DNA from: a virus
Taxonomy: Duplodnaviria > Caudoviricetes
Virus record (IMG/VR): IMGVR_UViG_3300028585_000515
Coordinates: 1-44,274 of that record
DNA: 44,274 nt
Strand: one strand, 5' to 3'
Shown here: piece by piece, positions 6,772-16,117 of the stretch
Layout: each line of letters begins with the position of its first letter
Numbering within the stretch: the stretch's first letter is position 1
Notes under the pieces: model-generated
The model's database searches: none
Told to the model about the DNA's origin: nothing
The model's input: the letters and a program-made list of their open reading frames with translations, nothing else
Made by a program: the position numbers and the translations under genes

Positions 6772-7674
6772 ATGCATTCGCCTCGATTGGCGAGTAGTTG
6801 TGCGGAAGACACACCAGATGGCGAGGTCAGCAAGATTGTGACCAGTTGGGAAAAAATTCGAGATGCTACGAATTTAGGGATCACCGCCATCGCCTTGATA
6901 GTGTCTGTTTTATCTCTTTGGACAGCGGCTAAGGTTTCGGACGTCGAAGATTTTTTCAAGTCAGAGATAGTCCGTAGAAATACCGATTTAAATATTACAG
7001 TACGTAAGGCCCGACAGATAGAATCCAGATCATTAAAAAGAGAAGAATATCTGGAGGCCGTTCAACAACAAACCGAACAAGCTCTGCAAAAAGCAGCGGA
7101 TGCTGATATTATATTAGCTGATGCCAAATTAGAGATAGCCGATACTAAGAGGCAAGTTGATACTGCTGCAATTGAATACAAGCTGTCCGAATTGAACAGG
7201 CTCCGCCTTAGCGGAGAGATTTCGAAATTACGAGAGTCGTCCGAAATTTTTTTCAGACAAAGCGCTGCTCGACGGATGATTACACTGATCAATAATATAA
7301 CGAACGCGCCCACAGATAGTAAAAGTTCAAGTTTAATAGAGATTTTACAAAATATTGATGTGGATGCAGAACCTGTGATCGCAAATCAGATGACGATATC
7401 GAAGAGGCGCATGGCTACGGTTTGTCCGGATATACGAAATATTCCGGTTATGTATCCACCGAACCTAACAAAATTTGACGTAGAACGAGACCATTCCCCC
7501 GGGCACGGACGCGAGTCTGAAATGGATGAGTATATGGTTTGGCATATTAACCATATGAACAAAATTCAAAAACGCGTTCAGGAATGTGTATGCCGATCCC
7601 TAGCGGACGCGAGCTTAAGCCGCGATAGAGTATGCCCGCCACAAGAAAATGCGTCTCCGATTAATGACCGCTAG
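6772..7674 (+). CDS. AT-rich cargo protein with N-terminal TM helix and coiled coil
   Basis: 300-aa open frame in visibly low-GC DNA; LGITAIALIVSVLSLW helix followed by a heptad-rich region; start uncertain. Confidence 0.65.
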   Translation: MHSPRLASSCAEDTPDGEVSKIVTSWEKIRDATNLGITAIALIVSVLSLWTAAKVSDVEDFFKSEIVRRNTDLNITVRKARQIESRSLKREEYLEAVQQQTEQALQKAADADIILADAKLEIADTKRQVDTAAIEYKLSELNRLRLSGEISKLRESSEIFFRQSAARRMITLINNITNAPTDSKSSSLIEILQNIDVDAEPVIANQMTISKRRMATVCPDIRNIPVMYPPNLTKFDVERDHSPGHGRESEMDEYMVWHINHMNKIQKRVQECVCRSLADASLSRDRVCPPQENASPINDR

Positions 7675-7737
7675 ATGCGATAGTTAAATCGCTAAACAGC
7701 ACCGAGCCGGAAGGCAGAGCGCCGGCGTGCCTCAACT

Positions 7738-8709
7738 TCAACGGAGCGCGTCCAACGCGGCAAGGTTAGGCTGACGCCGACGCAATGCCCAGCCGATTAT
7801 TACGATCCCAGCGAGCATCATCGCCCAGGTCGACGGTTCCGGAACGGCAGTGGCGGTCAGCGCGAACTGCGTGTTCATCGACTGGAAGATCGCGTCCTGG
7901 ACAGCGGCGGTCGGGTGGTATCCATCGAAGGTGGCGAAGCCGACGCAGCCGGTCGCCTGTTCGCGCGCCGCAATGCAATTTCCCGTGCGAAAGGGTGGAA
8001 GGCCGTAAGCGGACGGGTTCGCCTTGAGGCTATCGGAGAAGGCCACATAGTCGAACCGGAAGAGCGTCGTGGAGCCGGACAGGGAAAGCTGATCCAGCGC
8101 GGTGTTAAGATAGCCGTTGGCGCGGATTGCAGTATCGCGATCGTCGAGATCGGGGAAGGCCGAGATCAGGATGTTGCGCGCGCCGAGATCGTTCAGCGTC
8201 TTCACGCTCGCGGCATATTGCGTCGCCGCCGCACGGAGATAGCTTTCGAAATCGGCATAGGTGCCGATCCGGCCGCGAAGGCCCTGCCCGATATCGTTCG
8301 CCCCGAAATTGAGGACGAACAGGCCGTTGGCGTCCGCGGTGCCGCCCGCCAGCGCGGTCCGGTAGAGGGCAAACTGGTCGGGCAGATCCCGATACAGATC
8401 CGTGTCGGAGACGATCTTCGCCCCGCCATTGGCATAGTTGGTTCCGCCGTTGAGGGAGGCCTTGGTCGGCGCGCCGAACAATTCCGTGCTGATCAAATCG
8501 GTATAGTCGTAGCCATTGGTGTAGCGGCCTTCGAAATAGCCGAGGACCGGAGACGGAAAGCCACGCTCTTTCAAAACGTTACCGGCATCGACCAGACTAT
8601 CGCCGAACACGGTCAGCGATGTGAACTGCGGTGTCACCCGTGCGGCGGGTGCCGTCGTCGCGGCGAGCGCGATCGCAGCCGTTGCGATAAGCCAATATTT
8701 GTTCAGCAT
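7738..8709 (-). CDS. Secreted SGNH/GDSL esterase with PEPxxWA-CTERM sorting signal
   Basis: Signal peptide, FGDSLVDAGN, GRYTNG, NYANGGA, GAND, FDGYHPT, and C-terminal VPEPSTWAMMLAG..IGWALRRR. Confidence 0.93.
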   Translation of the reverse strand: MLNKYWLIATAAIALAATTAPAARVTPQFTSLTVFGDSLVDAGNVLKERGFPSPVLGYFEGRYTNGYDYTDLISTELFGAPTKASLNGGTNYANGGAKIVSDTDLYRDLPDQFALYRTALAGGTADANGLFVLNFGANDIGQGLRGRIGTYADFESYLRAAATQYAASVKTLNDLGARNILISAFPDLDDRDTAIRANGYLNTALDQLSLSGSTTLFRFDYVAFSDSLKANPSAYGLPPFRTGNCIAAREQATGCVGFATFDGYHPTAAVQDAIFQSMNTQFALTATAVPEPSTWAMMLAGIVIIGWALRRRQPNLAALDALR

Positions 8710-8808
8710 GGATTCCCCCCGATGTACCGCTCGGAAATACCATAGATATTTGCTTTTGGCATCTGCGAACACGTCTTGTTTCGGGACGATCGGATTCTTG
8801 CGCCGGGG

Positions 8809-9822
8809 CTAGGCTGCTTCCAGCAAGAGCGTGCTGACCAACCCGCCATTTCCATCGAGCCGATGCGTCGCCTCCGCGATCAGCCAGGACGACGCATCGA
8901 TCTCACTCTTGAAGCCCACGACTTTCAGTCGCCGCTCCGGATGCAGATCCGGACGGCCGAGCGCCGGGGCGAGGGTCAGCTTGCGTGGGGCGCGGGCGGC
9001 GCGGCCCAGCTCGGCCGACGCCGCCTTTCGGGCTGCGTCCTCGCTCGCATAGACCTTGGCCAGCTTGCGCGTCTTGCCGGCCGTGCCGGCGGTGACGCTG
9101 TGTTTTCTCGCCGATGCGCGATCGTGCCAGTCGGCGGTGACGCCGGTGGCCTCGTCGCGTTTTTCGACGGTGTAGCTATGCTGGTCGCCATCCTGCCGGC
9201 GGAAGGTGGCGGTGGGGATCGTGCGGCCGGAGGCGGTGACGCCCGCGCCGATCCGGGCGAAGATCAGCCGGCCGGCCTTGATGGTCGCCACCGCGTCATG
9301 TTCGCGGCCGAGGCGCTTGAGCAGTGCGAGATCCCCTTCCCTGCTTTGCGCCAGATAGGGCACCGCGATCGATGCGAGTGCCGGCGCGATATGCGGCTCG
9401 AGCGCCTGGCGCTGTGCGATCTCGGTGACGATCGCCCCCAGCGTCGTCGCGCGCCAGCTCTGTTCGCGGCGGGCGCGGCCGGCGCTGGTGAAGTCGGCGG
9501 CGCGGGCGCGGATGGTGATGCGGTCGGGCGGGCCGTCATGCGCGACCTCGTCGACGACGAAGCTGCCCTTGTCGATCAGGCCTGGCACCACCTGACTGCC
9601 GCTCGCCCAGCCCAGCGCCACGGACAGCCGCGCGCCTGCGCGGGGGAGCGCCATGCGCCCGTCGCTGTCATCGATGACGACGTCGAGCTGATCGGCCTCG
9701 CCGCCGCGCTTTTCGGTCAGGGTGAGCGAGATCAGGCGCGGGGCGAAGCGTGCGGTGAGATCGGTCCCGTCGAGCATGACGCGGAAGGCGGCGACGTTGG
9801 CGACGAACGACGTCTGCGCCAT
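8809..9822 (-). CDS. gpD: Phage late control / baseplate hub protein D
   Basis: RLISLTLTEKRGGEADQLD...LGW...DKGSFVVDE..HDGPPD matches P2 gpD. Confidence 0.93.
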   Translation of the reverse strand: MAQTSFVANVAAFRVMLDGTDLTARFAPRLISLTLTEKRGGEADQLDVVIDDSDGRMALPRAGARLSVALGWASGSQVVPGLIDKGSFVVDEVAHDGPPDRITIRARAADFTSAGRARREQSWRATTLGAIVTEIAQRQALEPHIAPALASIAVPYLAQSREGDLALLKRLGREHDAVATIKAGRLIFARIGAGVTASGRTIPTATFRRQDGDQHSYTVEKRDEATGVTADWHDRASARKHSVTAGTAGKTRKLAKVYASEDAARKAASAELGRAARAPRKLTLAPALGRPDLHPERRLKVVGFKSEIDASSWLIAEATHRLDGNGGLVSTLLLEAA

Positions 9823-10256
9823 CAGAACAGACCCCAGCCGTTGAAGCCGGACGTCCCGCCGGCGGCAGGGGCGGCAGCGGCATCGTCGACGCGGCGGAGA
9901 TCGATCCCGAAATCGATTTGGCGCGCCGTACCGTTGGCATGAAATTCGCGGTGGCGTTCGTCGAGGCCGGTGATGACCCAGGCCCCGTAGGCGCGGCCCG
10001 AGCCATCGACCAGCGACCAGGCCTCGCCGCTCGCCCCCATCTCGCGCAACTGATCGAGCGACGCCTGCCCGTCCTGCAATTCGGCCATGGCCGATCCGTT
10101 CAGCGCGATGGTTTCGTCCCCGATCCCAAGGAACTGCGAGGCGTCGCGCGCGCCGACGCGCGGTTGCTGCGCGTGGCGGAAGTCGGTGCGGCGTTGCAGC
10201 TCCTGATAGGCCAAGGTCGGGAGCGAGAAGAGGAAGAGGCCGAGCGACATCATCAT
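9822..10256 (-). CDS. gpU: Tail protein U
   Basis: MMSLGLFLFSLPTLAYQELQR...QFLG.G.ETI.L.G...G.WVI. Confidence 0.93.
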   Translation of the reverse strand: MMMSLGLFLFSLPTLAYQELQRRTDFRHAQQPRVGARDASQFLGIGDETIALNGSAMAELQDGQASLDQLREMGASGEAWSLVDGSGRAYGAWVITGLDERHREFHANGTARQIDFGIDLRRVDDAAAAPAAGGTSGFNGWGLF

Positions 10257-10262
10257 GGCTGG

Positions 10263-12878
10263 TTATCCGTCGTAGGGATCGGCGAAGGTGGACCGGGCAC
10301 GCGCCTGATCGTCACGCCGAAGCCGGGCGATCTCGTCGCGAACCATGCGCGCCAGATCGGGTGCGCTCTGGCCGGGGGTCTGGTGAATGTGGATCTCGAT
10401 CGGCCCCAGCGCCGCCGGGGACGCCGCGACCGATCCGGCCTGTCCGCTACGCACGGCCGGTGCGGTTGCTGCGGCAGGGACGGTCGCGCCGACCGCGATG
10501 GCGGCGGTGATCTGTCGGCCGAGGCCCGCGACCCGCGCGATCGGCGAGGTTGCCATCGTCGCGCCGGCGAGCTGGCGGGCGATATTGGTCAGGCTGCGCA
10601 GCGGAGCCTTGCCACCGCGATCGATTCCGTCCGCCATCCCTTCCGTCACATGACCGCCGATCCGGGCGAAGACGCGGGACGGCGAGCGGATGTCGAGGAT
10701 CTTGCGCACGCCGCTCGGCAGCATGTCGGCCAGGCGCTTCACCACCCCGCCCAAGCTGGGGAACATGCTGACGATGCCGCCGATCAAGCCCTTGACGGTG
10801 TTGACGCCGAACTGGAACAGCAGGCGCGGCAGCAAAAGCACGCCATTCCAGATGACCGCGGTGATCTGCCGCCACGCACCCGCCAGCAAAGCGGGGCCGT
10901 TGGCGGCGAGCCAGCCGGCCGCGCCGGTGATGCCAGCCCAGATGCCGCGGAGAACCGCTCCGCCCCAACGCCCCAGCATGGCGATGACGCCGATCAGACC
11001 ACCGTCGAACGCCGTCTTGATCTGTGCCCACAGCGTGCCGAAGAAGGCGGTGACGCCCGTCCAGTTGGCATAGGCAGCGTAGGCGGCGACGCCGAGTCCG
11101 ACCATGGCGGCGAGGACAGCGGCGGCGATGCCGATCACCGGCAACAGCGCGACGCCGAGGCCGGTGGCGACGAAGGACAGCGCCGCGAACGGGGCCATGA
11201 CGGCGGCGAGCGCGATGGCCGCACCACCAAAGACGAAGAGCAGTCCGGCGACGGCGGCGGTGAGGATCGCGACCGCCTTGGCCGCGCGCGGGTTACGGTC
11301 CGCCCATGCGCCGATGCTGTTCGCCAGTTCCGCCGCTTTCGTCATCGCGGCGGTCGCCGCTGGCAGCAGCACCGAACCCATGGTCAGGCCCAGCGCCTTG
11401 GTCGCGATCTCGTAGCGTTTGGCCTGTTCTGCCCCGTCCTTCAGCCGCTCGGCGAAGTCGGTATCGGTGACGCCTTTCGCGTTCATCGCGCCGTCGCGGA
11501 TCTTGCGGAATTCCGCGAGGTTTTCGAGCAGCGGGCGGAGTGCGCCCTGCACCTGGGCGTCTCCGAACAGATAGGAAAGTTTCGAGCGGTCGCCCTTCAG
11601 GGCTTTGTCGGTCAGCTCGGCGATGGCCTCGATCGGGCCTTTGCCGTCCGCCGCCGCTTTCTTCAGCGCGGCGGGCAGATCCACGCCGAACTTCTTGAAA
11701 TTGTCGTTCGTCTCTTTCGCGCTGATTTTGTTCAGCAGGTTGAGCAGGTTGTTGCCCGCAGTGACAGAGTCACCAGCGCCCTTGCGCGCGATCTGCGCGC
11801 CGGCGGCGAGATCGGCGACGGCGCGCGTGCCGGTCTGCCCCAGCGCCTGATAGGCGGCGGTCAGCGCGGGAAACTGACCCGCCATGTCCTTGATCTCGAA
11901 TGCGCCGGATTTGCCTGCCGCTGCCATGATGTCGATGACCTTGCCGGTCTGCGCGACCGGCACCTTCAGATTGTCATTGGCCGCGAAGGCAGCGGCGGAG
12001 AGATCGCGGATCTCAGCCTTGTAGGCGGTGGCGGCGCGACCGATCGGCGTCATCATCTTGACCGCCTTGCGGGGATCGAGGCCGAAGCCGGCAAGGACGT
12101 CGACACCTTCCTGTAGCGCCTCGGGGAGCTGGTTCGCGGCCTTGGCGGCGGCGACCAGCCCGATCCCCATCTTGCGCGCTTCCTCCCGGCTCAGGTTGGC
12201 CTTTTGTGCGATGTCGGTCATGACCGACTGATATTGCATCGCGCTCTTCATCGCGCCGCCGAGCGGTCCCGCGACGGCCATGCCAGCGCCGACGCCGGCG
12301 GCACCCGACGCGAGCGCGCCGGTGGCGATCCCCATATTCTTTCCGAAGCCGCCGCGCGCCGCCGCCAGTCGTCGCGTGCGGTCGTTCAGCAGCACCATGC
12401 GCCGCCCCTGCTCGGATAGCTCCTGATTGGTCCGGCTGGCTTCCTGCCGCAAATCGCGCTCGTACCGGACAAGATCGGTGGTGGCGATGCCGGCGGTGCG
12501 CAGACGTTCGCGCAGCTCGCCCAGCCGCGTGCTATTCGCCTGATATTGTGTCTCGAGGCCGGCGGCTTCGCGCTTCGCCCGGTTGAACTCGGTGCGCAGT
12601 TTCCGGCTGGGGTTTTTGGTCTGCGCCATCTCCCGCCCGAGCGCTGTGACACGGGCGCGGGCGGCGTCCAGCTCCGCACCCGCCGCCTTCATACCGCCCT
12701 TCAGATCGCGGAACGCCCCGATGTCCTTCTGCGCGCGGTCGATCTCCTTCAGCCGGTCGCGCATTGCTTTGAGCGAGGCGGCGGCGCGGGTGGATCCGCC
12801 GGCGAGATCGCGCAACGGGCCGGTGAACTTGTCGGACGCCTCGAGCAGCATCCGGATCCGCAGGTTGCGATCGGCCAT
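10263..12878 (-). CDS. gpT: Tail tape measure protein
   Basis: 871 aa, Ala/Gly-rich helical, TP901-type core, IRSPSRVF motif, lies between E' and U. Confidence 0.93.
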   Translation of the reverse strand: MADRNLRIRMLLEASDKFTGPLRDLAGGSTRAAASLKAMRDRLKEIDRAQKDIGAFRDLKGGMKAAGAELDAARARVTALGREMAQTKNPSRKLRTEFNRAKREAAGLETQYQANSTRLGELRERLRTAGIATTDLVRYERDLRQEASRTNQELSEQGRRMVLLNDRTRRLAAARGGFGKNMGIATGALASGAAGVGAGMAVAGPLGGAMKSAMQYQSVMTDIAQKANLSREEARKMGIGLVAAAKAANQLPEALQEGVDVLAGFGLDPRKAVKMMTPIGRAATAYKAEIRDLSAAAFAANDNLKVPVAQTGKVIDIMAAAGKSGAFEIKDMAGQFPALTAAYQALGQTGTRAVADLAAGAQIARKGAGDSVTAGNNLLNLLNKISAKETNDNFKKFGVDLPAALKKAAADGKGPIEAIAELTDKALKGDRSKLSYLFGDAQVQGALRPLLENLAEFRKIRDGAMNAKGVTDTDFAERLKDGAEQAKRYEIATKALGLTMGSVLLPAATAAMTKAAELANSIGAWADRNPRAAKAVAILTAAVAGLLFVFGGAAIALAAVMAPFAALSFVATGLGVALLPVIGIAAAVLAAMVGLGVAAYAAYANWTGVTAFFGTLWAQIKTAFDGGLIGVIAMLGRWGGAVLRGIWAGITGAAGWLAANGPALLAGAWRQITAVIWNGVLLLPRLLFQFGVNTVKGLIGGIVSMFPSLGGVVKRLADMLPSGVRKILDIRSPSRVFARIGGHVTEGMADGIDRGGKAPLRSLTNIARQLAGATMATSPIARVAGLGRQITAAIAVGATVPAAATAPAVRSGQAGSVAASPAALGPIEIHIHQTPGQSAPDLARMVRDEIARLRRDDQARARSTFADPYDG

Positions 12879-12887
12879 GGCGGATCC

Positions 12888-13004
12888 TTACTGGTCGGGG
12901 TTGTGGCGGGCGATGGCGAGGGCACGCCACTGCATCAGCTCGTGCAGGCTCATCTGGTCCATGACGGCGGGGGGCCAGTGGAAGACGATGGCGATATCCG
13001 CCAT
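12888..13004 (-). CDS. gpE': GpE' C-terminal extension of the tail chaperone (-1 frameshift product)
   Basis: MADIAIVFHWPPAVMDQMSLHELMQWR; in frame after a -1 slip at TTTTTTG; not in the supplied ORF track. Confidence 0.88.
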   Translation of the reverse strand: MADIAIVFHWPPAVMDQMSLHELMQWRALAIARHNPDQ

Positions 13005-13012
13005 CGGTTCCT

Positions 13013-13333
13013 CTACGCGGTCGGGAAGTCCGCTTTCGCGGCCTTCGGCAACAAAAAATCGATGACCTCGCTGGCGAGCTGCATCAGGTCGGCCGGGTCC
13101 ATGGCCGCCACATGCGCCTTCTGGAGCATCGGCTGGGTAATGCGCGGCGCGATCGTCTCGATCGAGGCATAGTCGCCCTGCCCCAGCGCCACGAGCGTCA
13201 GGCCGCGCAGTTCGCCAGCCCCCGGCTTGCGCACGGTGAGCTTGGTGCCTGCGGCGTGGACGAGGGTGTCGGCAATCCGGATGTCATAGTCGAGCGTGAA
13301 GCTGGCGAGCGCGGTGGCAGCGGTGTCGGACAT
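13013..13333 (-). CDS. gpE: Tail assembly chaperone E
   Basis: RKPGAGELRGL.L..L...PRIT.P...MDPADL...V.DFL. Confidence 0.92.
   Translation of the reverse strand: MSDTAATALASFTLDYDIRIADTLVHAAGTKLTVRKPGAGELRGLTLVALGQGDYASIETIAPRITQPMLQKAHVAAMDPADLMQLASEVIDFLLPKAAKADFPTA
13052..13058 (-). other. Programmed -1 ribosomal frameshift site
   Basis: TTTTTTG on the minus strand, as in P2 E/E'; the -1 frame stays open into E'. Confidence 0.85.
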
Positions 13334-13388
13334 GGGAAAGGCTTTCGATCAGAGCGGTGGGTGAGACGGCGGTTCGCCGGCGCGGGTG

Positions 13389-13895
13389 TCAGATGCCGAG
13401 GGCGTTGCGTCGCAAGGCGAGCTGGTCGACGCCGTCCACGATCTCGATCATGTTGATGACATCGACCTCGATCAGCGTTTCGCCGTTCCAGAGCATCTTG
13501 TAGTAAGACAAAGCGAGCTTGGTCTTTTGCTCGGTCTTCTCGCCCGGCTTCTGCTCGCCGGGGTCCAGCTCTTCGGTGCGGCCGCGCACGACATGCTCGA
13601 TCGCATCGAGCTGGCCGGTTTCGTCATTCTGGTAGGTGCCCATGAGGCGTAGCATCTGCCCGGAAATCGAGCCGCCATATTGCGCATAGAGATCGCGCAT
13701 CGGGCTGGATGTCACGATCTCACATTCGAGCGGCTCGCCGCCCATGTCGAGCTTGACCGGCCGGTCCATGCCGCCGCTGCGATGGTCCTCCAGCTTGCGC
13801 ACGAGCTTGGGCGGCGTGAACGCCATGGCTTCGCCCAGATAGGCGCGGCCATCGTTGAAAATCATGATGTCTTTGAGATTGCGCGGGAAGGCCAT
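13389..13895 (-). CDS. gpFII: Major tail tube protein FII
   Basis: MAFPRNLK...PKLVRKLEDHRSGGM...YYK...IEVD..N..E.V.GVD.L. Confidence 0.95.
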   Translation of the reverse strand: MAFPRNLKDIMIFNDGRAYLGEAMAFTPPKLVRKLEDHRSGGMDRPVKLDMGGEPLECEIVTSSPMRDLYAQYGGSISGQMLRLMGTYQNDETGQLDAIEHVVRGRTEELDPGEQKPGEKTEQKTKLALSYYKMLWNGETLIEVDVINMIEIVDGVDQLALRRNALGI

Positions 13896-13937
13896 CGGGG
13901 TTCCTGTCGGTCAGCGTAGGGGCGGGCGGCGCGGGGA

Positions 13938-15113
13938 TCAGGCGGCGTTGGCGGTGACGCCGGCGGCGAGATCGGTGAAATAGCTGTCGGTGATGCGCTG
14001 GATCAGCGTCAGCGATTCCAGCGGCGGCGTCGGGGTGTAGTCATAATCGATCGTCACCTTGCCGGCGGACAGGCTGGCGGTGCTGTTCTTCAGGACATCG
14101 AACCATGCCCGGCCGCCGAGGATGAGTTCGGCCGTCACCAGCTTGCGCATCTCGGCGTTGATCGTCTCGACGATGTCGCGGACGAGGCTCGGCCGAAGCG
14201 GCTTGTCGATCGCCCAGGTCAAACCGTTGGCGATCGTGTCCTGAAGGACGTGGGCGGTGCGGGCGGCGCTTTCGAAGGCGAAGAGCGGGTCGGCCGAGCA
14301 GGTGCGCGATCCCCAGATGCGGAAACCGCCGCCGGTGCGGACGATCGTCGACACCTGTTGCGCGTTGAGCAGGTTCGCCTCGCAATTCGGATCCTGAATA
14401 TCGAACTGGATATCCTTGGTGGTGCCCAGCACGCCGAGGACGGGGACGTTGCTGATCGTCTTGTTCCAGCCCTGCTCGGCATCGATCGCGGCGCGCAGGC
14501 CCATGGCGCGGGCGGCGACGTGGCTGGGGGCGTTCGCGGCGGCGGCGGTATCGAACGCCACGAAATCCGGGGTCAGCAGCATCAGCTCGCGCGAGGCGAA
14601 GTTGGCGCGATAGGTGATGGCGGCGGCGAGATCCGCGCCGTGCGCATAGGCATAGACCATGGCGCGCAGCTTCTTGCCGACTACGGTCAGCGCCGTCGTC
14701 ACCGGCAGCGTGTCGAGGCCGGGTGCGCCGAGGATGCGCGGCTTGATGCCGAGCCGGCCTTCGGCCGCCAGCAGCGCCTGCATCCCGGTCTTCTGCCCAA
14801 GCGCCGTGGTGGTGCCAATCACACTCGCATTGGTCGCGGCGGTGTCCGCGCCGGGCGCGACGCGAATCACGATCAGCACCGGTCGGGCCTGATCGGCGAT
14901 GGCGCGGAGCGATCCATGCAGCGTGCCGGCGACGCCAGCCTTGCCGATCGCGGCATCCAGATCGGTGATCAGGACGGGCGTGTCGAGCGGGAAGACGGTG
15001 GGATCAGCGTCGGGCGCGGTCGCCAGCAGGCCGATGACGGCGGTCGCCACGGTCACCATGCTGCGCTGAAGCGCGCTCGTTTCGGTTACGGAAATGCCAT
15101 GCGCGTAGGCCAA
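13938..15113 (-). CDS. gpFI: Tail sheath protein FI
   Basis: YAHGISVTE..TAVIGL...FPLDTPVL...KPRILGAPGLD...GFRIWG.RT...YDYTP.PPLE; TTG start. Confidence 0.95.
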   Translation of the reverse strand: MAYAHGISVTETSALQRSMVTVATAVIGLLATAPDADPTVFPLDTPVLITDLDAAIGKAGVAGTLHGSLRAIADQARPVLIVIRVAPGADTAATNASVIGTTTALGQKTGMQALLAAEGRLGIKPRILGAPGLDTLPVTTALTVVGKKLRAMVYAYAHGADLAAAITYRANFASRELMLLTPDFVAFDTAAAANAPSHVAARAMGLRAAIDAEQGWNKTISNVPVLGVLGTTKDIQFDIQDPNCEANLLNAQQVSTIVRTGGGFRIWGSRTCSADPLFAFESAARTAHVLQDTIANGLTWAIDKPLRPSLVRDIVETINAEMRKLVTAELILGGRAWFDVLKNSTASLSAGKVTIDYDYTPTPPLESLTLIQRITDSYFTDLAAGVTANAA

Positions 15114-15125
15114 TGGAGGATCCTT

Positions 15126-15482
15126 TCAGGCGATCGAAGCGGAATAGGGGAGGTCGAGACGGGTCCGGACGGCGGGCAGGACGTCGAGCCGCTGCGCGTC
15201 GATCGAGAGGATGAAGGCACCGGGGACCGCGCCGGCGGCGAGCGTCACCGCCAGCAGCCGGATGCGCGGTTCCCACCGGAGCAGGGCCATGGCGGTGGCG
15301 GCGTAGATCCGGAGGCGGAGCGACGGCGTGACCGGCTTGTCGATCAGGTCCGGGATCCCGGAGCCATAGTCGCGCAGGCCGACGCGCGATCCGATCGGCG
15401 TGAACAGGATGTCGGCCATCGACTGGCGGAGATGATCGGCTCCGGCCAGCGGCTTGCCGGTTCGCGCGTCCATGCCGTTCAT
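15126..15482 (-). CDS. gpW: Baseplate protein W (gp25-like)
   Basis: GM..TG..L...HLRQS..DIL.TPIGSR..LRDYGS...WEPRI. Confidence 0.94.
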   Translation of the reverse strand: MNGMDARTGKPLAGADHLRQSMADILFTPIGSRVGLRDYGSGIPDLIDKPVTPSLRLRIYAATAMALLRWEPRIRLLAVTLAAGAVPGAFILSIDAQRLDVLPAVRTRLDLPYSASIA

Positions 15483-16051
15483 GGCAGCGGGCCTTGCGAC
15501 TTGCCGCTGCCGGGCTGGACGCCAAGATGTGTGTGCTTCGACAGGCTGATCCCCGCCCCGACAACGTCGCCCTTCACGTCGGCCTTGCCGCCGATCGCAA
15601 GGTCGGCCTCGACAGTCAGCTTGCCGGTGATCCGGACGTTGCTGCGCAGCTCGATCTCTGGGGCCTCGATGATCGCGCGGCCCCCGGCGGGCAGCACCGC
15701 AGCCAATTCGTGCGTCTCGCTATCGTAGCGGATCTCTGCGCCATCGGCGAAGCGCAGGAGGTTGGTCGTCGCAGAATCGGAGGGGGCGGGGTTGGCGGAT
15801 GAATAGATGCCGACCAGCGCGACGCCGGCGGCGGTATCGCCTTCCGGGCAGAGCAAAAGGCACTGCTCGCCGATCGTCGGCGGCGACCATGCGGCGGTGC
15901 CGCCGGCGCGGAAGGCGAGCCAGCAGACTTCACCGGTCAGCAGGTCGCCGATATGGACGGTGCAGGTGGCGGCGGCATAATCGACGGACGCGATCGTGCC
16001 GAAGCGGATCACGTCCCCGATCTGGCGCGCAATGTCGGCAGGGTCTTTCAT
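15479..16051 (-). CDS. gpV: Baseplate spike protein V (alternative start 16063)
   Basis: IRFGTI..VD...RAG...WSPP..GEQ....P.G...ISL..HTH.GV..G. Confidence 0.93.
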   Translation of the reverse strand: MKDPADIARQIGDVIRFGTIASVDYAAATCTVHIGDLLTGEVCWLAFRAGGTAAWSPPTIGEQCLLLCPEGDTAAGVALVGIYSSANPAPSDSATTNLLRFADGAEIRYDSETHELAAVLPAGGRAIIEAPEIELRSNVRITGKLTVEADLAIGGKADVKGDVVGAGISLSKHTHLGVQPGSGKSQGPLP

Positions 16052-16098
16052 GGCCGCGACCATGACGTGACCGCTTCGTGCGTGCGCGGGTGCGGTAC

Positions 16099-16117
16099 GG
16101 TAGAGACGATCTCTACC
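16099..16117 (-). promoter_or_regulatory. Late-promoter activator box, copy 1 (upstream of V)
   Basis: Palindrome GGTAGAGA-CGA-TCTCTACC; same motif at 24819 and 34649. Confidence 0.8.

Noticed and set aside
9918-12116. Long plus-strand ORFs opposite structural genes (also 14250-15728, 20470-23034, 27134-29140, 30915-32690, 32726-34108)
   Set aside because: Antisense shadows of GC-rich genes with no motifs; the opposite strand encodes clear P2 homologs
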